From the UHGV virus genome UHGV-0170560: a stretch of 39,563 nucleotides of DNA; one strand, written 5' to 3'. A program made the translations under genes and the position numbers. Position 1 is the first letter of the stretch. The number at the start of each line of letters is the position of its first letter. The notes beneath the pieces are model-generated. The model had not been told where the DNA came from. It saw only the letters and a program-made list of their open reading frames with translations, and searched no databases. This DNA comes from a virus. This document shows positions 34,837 to 39,563 of the stretch, piece after piece.

Positions 34837-35067
34837 TCATGAGTAGAAGAAGTATGCCAGTTCTGCTTTTGAGCGCAGCCATTGTCTTGTTTTACAGGCT
34901 TTAAAAAGCCCATTCATCAATACTTTACCTGGCATTTTGCGCTTACCTGTTAAGTGAGTCTGGATATAGTGACTCGTCGTTCCGGCTTCCTGTGCGAAGG
35001 CTTCACGCTCATCCGGAGTAAGTGCAAGCCAGTGCTTTTTGAAATCGAAATGTCCGTTATCGCTCAT
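34837..35067 (-). CDS. Cro-like HTH regulator
   Basis: 76 aa with HTH-like segment EAFAQEAGTTSHYIQTHLTG; divergent from the repressor gene across an operator-rich intergenic region. Confidence 0.55.
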   Translation of the reverse strand: MSDNGHFDFKKHWLALTPDEREAFAQEAGTTSHYIQTHLTGKRKMPGKVLMNGLFKACKTRQWLRSKAELAYFFYS

Positions 35068-35103
35068 AGCTATTGCCTGATATTTATTTCAGATAATAAA
35101 TAT

Positions 35104-35166
35104 TCACCCATAAGGTAACAAAAATCAAGGATAGTTACCTATGGGGTGCATTTACCTGTTGGGTAA
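35104..35166. promoter_or_regulatory. Three adjacent operator-like palindromes in the repressor/cro intergenic region
   Basis: TCACC-CATAA-GGTAA (35104-35118), TTACC-TATGG-GGTGC (35135-35149), TTACC-TGTTG-GGTAA (35152-35166). Confidence 0.6.
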
Positions 35167-35221
35167 TATTGCTTTAAATTGAATCATCTACTGATTCATA
35201 TATGAGGCGATTTTCCAGAAA

Positions 35222-35806
35222 ATGAAAAGTATCCAGGACGTCCGCAGGCAAAATCTCAACGACTTGATCGACCGTGAATTCAATGGTGTTCAGACGCGGA
35301 TGGCAGAAAAACTTGGAACTCAGGCAAATCTGGTAAACCGCTGGGCTCTTGGCAAGAAGGTTATCGGCGACCAGGTTGCGCGAAAAATTGAAGCTGCCGC
35401 CAATAAACCACGTAACTGGCTTGATATCGATCGCTCGCTTTCTCAGGAAGGTTTTCAGCCTGTCGGCCCAAGCGACATTGGTCAGCTGGCGGCTCACAAC
35501 CTGGAACGCTGGATGAGCGAAAGCCGCGACCTTTCAACACAGGGAAAACTTCACCGCGCATCCGGCGTCGCCCAGGTGACAATCAGCCGCCTGTTAAACA
35601 ATGAGGTCAGCGTTTCCATTTCCACCCTGGAGAATGTTGCATCTGCATTCGGGCGTCACGGATATGAATTACTGATTCACCCGCACGACCCCGCGACTAT
35701 CAACTATGACCGCTCGCGCTACGCATTGTTACCTGAAACAGAGAAGGCAAAGATCGAAAGTTACATTGAATTTGTCATCAACCAGAACGAAAAAAGCAAA
35801 CAATAA
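35222..35806 (+). CDS. CI-like repressor without recognisable S24 autocleavage domain
   Basis: 194 aa with two HTH-like segments; no Ser/Lys peptidase-type C-terminal motifs recognised. Confidence 0.6.
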   Translation: MKSIQDVRRQNLNDLIDREFNGVQTRMAEKLGTQANLVNRWALGKKVIGDQVARKIEAAANKPRNWLDIDRSLSQEGFQPVGPSDIGQLAAHNLERWMSESRDLSTQGKLHRASGVAQVTISRLLNNEVSVSISTLENVASAFGRHGYELLIHPHDPATINYDRSRYALLPETEKAKIESYIEFVINQNEKSKQ

Positions 35807-35828
35807 AACTATAGTTTTCAGCAAGTAA

Positions 35829-35850
35829 GCCGCCTCATGGCGGCTTTTTT
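35829..35850 (+). terminator. Rho-independent terminator after the repressor gene
   Basis: Stem GCCGCC/GGCGGC with loop TCAT followed by TTTTTT. Confidence 0.75.
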
Positions 35851-35959
35851 ATTGCCCATGAAATTACCTTACGGGTAATTTTTTTAACTCATATCTATTG
35901 ACATCAAACCAAATACGAATAATCATTACCTCAACAGTAACAAGCCGAGGTAACAAGTT

Positions 35960-36112
35960 ATGCAGTGGAAAATCATCAACGGTTGGTACTGCGTTACTGC
36001 ATGCGGATTCATGAGCTGGAAGTTCCGCACCTTACAGGAAGGCATTAAGTGGGCTTTCGTCAGCAAAGAAGCTCGCGATGTGGCCAACGATAACGAGATA
36101 TGGGAGGGCTGA
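35960..36112 (+). CDS. Hypothetical small protein, first gene of the leftward-early-like operon
   Basis: 50 aa, below track cutoff, GAGG RBS; preceded by an operator-like palindrome at 35864-35878. Confidence 0.4.
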   Translation: MQWKIINGWYCVTACGFMSWKFRTLQEGIKWAFVSKEARDVANDNEIWEG

Positions 36113-36114
36113 TA

Positions 36115-36414
36115 ATGAACGTTAATCAGCAGAAAAATCTTCAAAAAATCATGCTGGCATTCGACAAGGACTACCGCCTGTCAGAACAGCTATATGACCG
36201 ACAAGTTGAACTGATTGAGAGCATCCGACTTCATCAACTGTCCTCAACTTTCGACGTTGTAACAGGCAAAGGCGTTCGCCAGGAAGTACTGGAGGCTGCT
36301 AAAGACAGCCCTGAGTTCGAAGAACTGATGGATGCATACCGGCGCGAGGCAATGGCAATTATCGCCCGCTGGGATCTGGCGGATCAGCTTGATGGGCAGA
36401 GGGACGCGGCATGA
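36115..36414 (+). CDS. Hypothetical protein
   Basis: 99 aa from ATG preceded by GGGAGGG; coupled to the exonuclease gene. Confidence 0.5.
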   Translation: MNVNQQKNLQKIMLAFDKDYRLSEQLYDRQVELIESIRLHQLSSTFDVVTGKGVRQEVLEAAKDSPEFEELMDAYRREAMAIIARWDLADQLDGQRDAA

Positions 36415-37232
36415 AAGCGGGAATTTATTTCGACATCAGCAACGAAGACTACCACGCCGGTGACGGCGTGAGTAAATCGCAACTGGACATGGTTGCCAAG
36501 AATCCGGCGCTTCTTAAATGGGTTCAGGCAGCACCAGAAGACGAAGAGAAAAAGTCTGCACTGGATATGGGAACCGCATTGCACTGTCTGCTTCTGGAGC
36601 CTGGAGAGTTCGACAAACGCTTCATTGTTTCACCGAAATTCGAACGTCGGACGAAACAAGGTAAAGCTGACGAAGAGGCATTTCTTCGTGATGTGGCGGA
36701 TATGGGGATTACGGTACTTGATGCCGAGCAGTGGCGGAAACTGGAGCTGATGCGTGATAGCGCAATGGCTCACCCGGCGGCACGCTGGATGCTGGAAGCA
36801 CCTGGTTACTGCGAAGCATCAATGTACTGGAACGATGAAGATACTGGTGAGTTGTGCCGCATTCGTCCAGACAAATGGCTGAACGAGCACAACGTGATCG
36901 TCGACGTGAAAAAGGTTGCAGATATGGACCGTTTTGCACGCCACATCGAGGAATTCCGCTACCACGTGCAGGACGCAATGTACCGCGAAGGCGCAATGAG
37001 GGTTACTGGTCAGCCGCATGGTTTTTTCTTTCTTGCCGTGAGCGAAAGCATTGATTGTGGTCGATATCCGGTACGCGTGTTCGAGCTGGATGCGCCGGAT
37101 GTCGATGCCGGGCACGCTCTGTTCCGCCGGGATCTGAATACCTATCACGAATGCCGCATCAACGATGAGTGGGGCGGAGTGGAAATTATTAAACGCCCTG
37201 ACTGGGCACGCAAACAGGATATGTACATATGA
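36411..37232 (+). CDS. PD-(D/E)xK-type recombination exonuclease
   Basis: 273 aa; D...E/D-x-K-like motifs (RIRPDKW, VIVDVKK); directly upstream of and coupled to the annealing-protein gene. Confidence 0.6.
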   Translation: MKAGIYFDISNEDYHAGDGVSKSQLDMVAKNPALLKWVQAAPEDEEKKSALDMGTALHCLLLEPGEFDKRFIVSPKFERRTKQGKADEEAFLRDVADMGITVLDAEQWRKLELMRDSAMAHPAARWMLEAPGYCEASMYWNDEDTGELCRIRPDKWLNEHNVIVDVKKVADMDRFARHIEEFRYHVQDAMYREGAMRVTGQPHGFFFLAVSESIDCGRYPVRVFELDAPDVDAGHALFRRDLNTYHECRINDEWGGVEIIKRPDWARKQDMYI

Positions 37233-38170
37233 GCAACGACATCGCAAACATCAACGCACCAGTAGACACAGCAATCGCTGGAACTGCTGCAACTATTTTC
37301 AGCCCAGACGGCTTGAACCAACTGATGAAATTCGCCGAGGTAATGGCGCAAAGCCGCGTAACGGTACCGGCGCATCTCGCCGGGAAACCAGCTGATTGCA
37401 TGGCCGTGGCAATGCAAGCTGCGCAGTGGGGAATGAACCCGTTTGCCGTGGCTCAGAAAACCCATGTTGTGAACGGCACGCTAGGTTATGAAGCCCAATT
37501 AGTAAACGCAGTTATCTCAACGATGTCGCCAACAAAAGATCGCATCAACTACGAGTGGTTCGGGCCGTGGGAACGCGTGATCGGTAAGTTTGTTGAGAAA
37601 ACATCCAAAAACGGCAATCCATATATCGCACCAGGCTGGACTCTAAAAGACGAAGAAGGCTGCGGTGTTCGCGTATGGGCAACCATGAAGGGCGAGGATC
37701 AACCTCGAGTGCTTGAGTTAATGCTGTCTCAAGCACAGGTAAGAAACTCCACACTTTGGGCCAGTGATCCGAAACAACAACTCGCATACCTTGCGACAAA
37801 ACGCTGGTCTCGCTTGCACTGTCCTGACGTAATCATGGGCGTCTACACACCAGACGAATTACAGGAAACGGCACCGCGCGTTGAGCGAGACATTACTCCG
37901 CAAACGACCACTGCTGCGGGAATGAACAGTCTGATCAACGCTAAACAAGTGAAAAAGCCTGATGAGCAAACGCGTAAAGCGGATAGCCGTGATCCAGAAG
38001 AAATGCTGATGGCCTTTACCAGCGCAGCGATGAATTACAGCACTGTCTCCGAACTGGATAAAGCTTACAAATACATTGCACAAAAACTTTCAGATGATGA
38101 CGAACTGCTGGCAAAAGCCACCGACGTTTACAGCGTTCGTCGGGAAGAATTAAACGAAACATCTATGTAA
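37229..38170 (+). CDS. Single-strand annealing protein, Redbeta/RecT-like
   Basis: 313 aa; QWGMNPF...NGTLGYEAQ and ERDITPQ resemble lambda Redbeta regions (QYGLNPW, ERDITPV) by recollection. Confidence 0.6.
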   Translation: MSNDIANINAPVDTAIAGTAATIFSPDGLNQLMKFAEVMAQSRVTVPAHLAGKPADCMAVAMQAAQWGMNPFAVAQKTHVVNGTLGYEAQLVNAVISTMSPTKDRINYEWFGPWERVIGKFVEKTSKNGNPYIAPGWTLKDEEGCGVRVWATMKGEDQPRVLELMLSQAQVRNSTLWASDPKQQLAYLATKRWSRLHCPDVIMGVYTPDELQETAPRVERDITPQTTTAAGMNSLINAKQVKKPDEQTRKADSRDPEEMLMAFTSAAMNYSTVSELDKAYKYIAQKLSDDDELLAKATDVYSVRREELNETSM

Positions 38171-38219
38171 CCACCACCGCGGCGCCACGCGCGTCGCACT
38201 GCAACCAAGAGAGGTATTT

Positions 38220-38468
38220 ATGAAAGGTGCATTAGGTAAGAAGGAACTCCTGGCGGTGGTGCCACTGTCATGGAGCACTATCGACCGCATGGAGCGCGCA
38301 GGGGAATTTCCTAAACGCTGGTATATCACTGACAAACGCTGCGCATGGAACCGTGATGAAGTTGAGCGTTGGCTTGATGAACGTCAGGCAGCAAGCCCGG
38401 CAGAGTTCCAGGGTAAAAAGCCTCCTGTTCAGCAACGTGTATATCGTCCTGTGAGCAACGCTGCATGA
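38220..38468 (+). CDS. AlpA/excisionase-like HTH regulator
   Basis: 82 aa; LSWSTIDRMERAGEFPKRWYIT...WNRDEVERWL fits the AlpA-type HTH pattern. Confidence 0.6.
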   Translation: MKGALGKKELLAVVPLSWSTIDRMERAGEFPKRWYITDKRCAWNRDEVERWLDERQAASPAEFQGKKPPVQQRVYRPVSNAA

Positions 38469-38577
38469 GTGTGCTGCTAAGGCACTGGAGCAAATGGTCA
38501 GGATGGTACTTATTCCTGGCCTCTGTTTCAGCATGGCTTTATCTGCTGGCATTAATTTTCAGAGAGGGTTGGATTAA

Positions 38578-38877
38578 GTGAAAAAGTTAAGCCGACTTGA
38601 AAAATATCACATGAACAAGGTTTCAATGCGCAGTCCGTCAAAGATTGTCGCCGTTACTCCTGCGGCGATAGAGATCGAAAAACGCGCGATTGAAAGAGAG
38701 AAAAAAGGGCAGTTCCGCATTGCCGCTCACCTTTGGCTTCAGTGTATGGATGTTGCTTCTGGTGATGTTGAGCGTGCGAGGATCGCGGTTCGCAGGGACC
38801 AATGTATCACAAAAGGTAACGGCCTTCGCCGTGGCGACTATAGCGGCATAGGATGTTGTGGGGTGGTTTATGACTAA
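38578..38877 (+). CDS. Hypothetical protein (weak, uncertain resemblance to PerC-type small regulators)
   Basis: 99-aa ORF, GTG start, weak GAGGG RBS. Confidence 0.35.
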   Translation: MKKLSRLEKYHMNKVSMRSPSKIVAVTPAAIEIEKRAIEREKKGQFRIAAHLWLQCMDVASGDVERARIAVRRDQCITKGNGLRRGDYSGIGCCGVVYD

Positions 38878-39520
38878 GAAATACACACTAATCTATGCAG
38901 ATCCACCCTGGGTATACCGGGACAAAGCCGCAGATGGTAATCGCGGTGCCGGTTTTAAATATCCGGTTATGAGTGTGCTGGACATCTGCCGCCTTCCTGT
39001 GTGGGATTTGGCCGATGAAAACTGTCTGTTGGCCATGTGGTGGGTGCCAACACAACCACTCGAAGCACTAAAAGTTGTTGAAGCCTGGGGATTCCGTCTG
39101 ATGACCATGAAGGGATTCACGTGGATAAAATGTGGTAGTCGACAACCAGATAAACTGGTTATGGGTATGGGACACATGACTCGCGCCAATAGTGAAGATT
39201 GCCTGTTTGCGGTAAAGGGAAAACTACCTCCGCGCATTAATGCAGGTATCGTTCAGTCATTTACCGCACCGCGGCTTGAGCACTCAAGAAAACCAGATGT
39301 CGTTCGTGAAAAACTTGTGCAATTGTTAGGCGATGTTTCTCGCATTGAACTGTTCGCCCGCCAGTCGTCTCATGGCTTCGATGTTTGGGGTAATCAGTGC
39401 GAAGACCCGGCAGTGCAACTACACCCTGGATACGCGTTGGATATTGGCGGATTAACAAATGCATTCAGCAATTCTCCGCTGTCACCAACAGACAACCAGG
39501 GGCGGGAGCGTGCAGCATGA
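38870..39520 (+). CDS. DNA N6-adenine methyltransferase, MT-A70 family
   Basis: 216 aa from ATG; DPPW catalytic motif in IYADPPWVY near the N-terminus; stop codon lies 2 nt before the adapter. Confidence 0.75.
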   Translation: MTKKYTLIYADPPWVYRDKAADGNRGAGFKYPVMSVLDICRLPVWDLADENCLLAMWWVPTQPLEALKVVEAWGFRLMTMKGFTWIKCGSRQPDKLVMGMGHMTRANSEDCLFAVKGKLPPRINAGIVQSFTAPRLEHSRKPDVVREKLVQLLGDVSRIELFARQSSHGFDVWGNQCEDPAVQLHPGYALDIGGLTNAFSNSPLSPTDNQGRERAA

Positions 39521-39522
39521 AC

Positions 39523-39563
39523 CTGTCTCTTATACACATCTGACGCTGCCGACGATCGCATAA
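39523..39563. other. Sequencing adapter remnant (reverse complement of Nextera read-1 adapter plus 8-nt index-like tail); not biological
   Basis: CTGTCTCTTATACACATCTGACGCTGCCGACGA followed by TCGCATAA. Confidence 0.9.

Noticed and set aside
36411-37232. Integrase or tyrosine recombinase somewhere in the window
   Set aside because: No ORF shows the R..H..R..Y catalytic pattern or typical integrase size and context; the 273-aa protein next to the annealase has PD-(D/E)xK-like motifs instead.

Overview
This 39.6-kb window reads as a near-complete temperate phage genome (or prophage) with a mosaic build, most genes on the minus strand. Left to right: two secreted cargo genes; a lysis cassette (Rz/Rz1, GH19 endolysin, two holin-like genes); a tail fibre/spike; an accessory island with a LexA-box-controlled Bro-N antirepressor; a T7-supergroup-like virion module (internal virion proteins, tail tubular A/B-like, capsid, scaffold, gp8-like portal); a tRNA-Arg(UCU) island; TerL/TerS; a nin-like block; a lambda-like replication module (P-like, O-like with internal iterons); an immunity region (Cro-like, CI-like repressor without a recognisable autocleavage domain); and an exonuclease/Redbeta-like recombination pair, AlpA-like regulator and MT-A70 methyltransferase. 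No integrase and no phage RNA polymerase are seen in the window. Both ends of the window are Illumina Nextera adapter sequence, so the termini are technical, not biological. The most interesting signals are a 15-bp palindrome TTACC-N5-GGTRA found at the head of almost every transcription unit (12 full sites) and a consensus LexA box upstream of the antirepressor module, which together suggest SOS-driven antirepressor induction of a dispersed-operator repressor regulon. All homology calls are from reading the translations and recalled family motifs; no database search was run.
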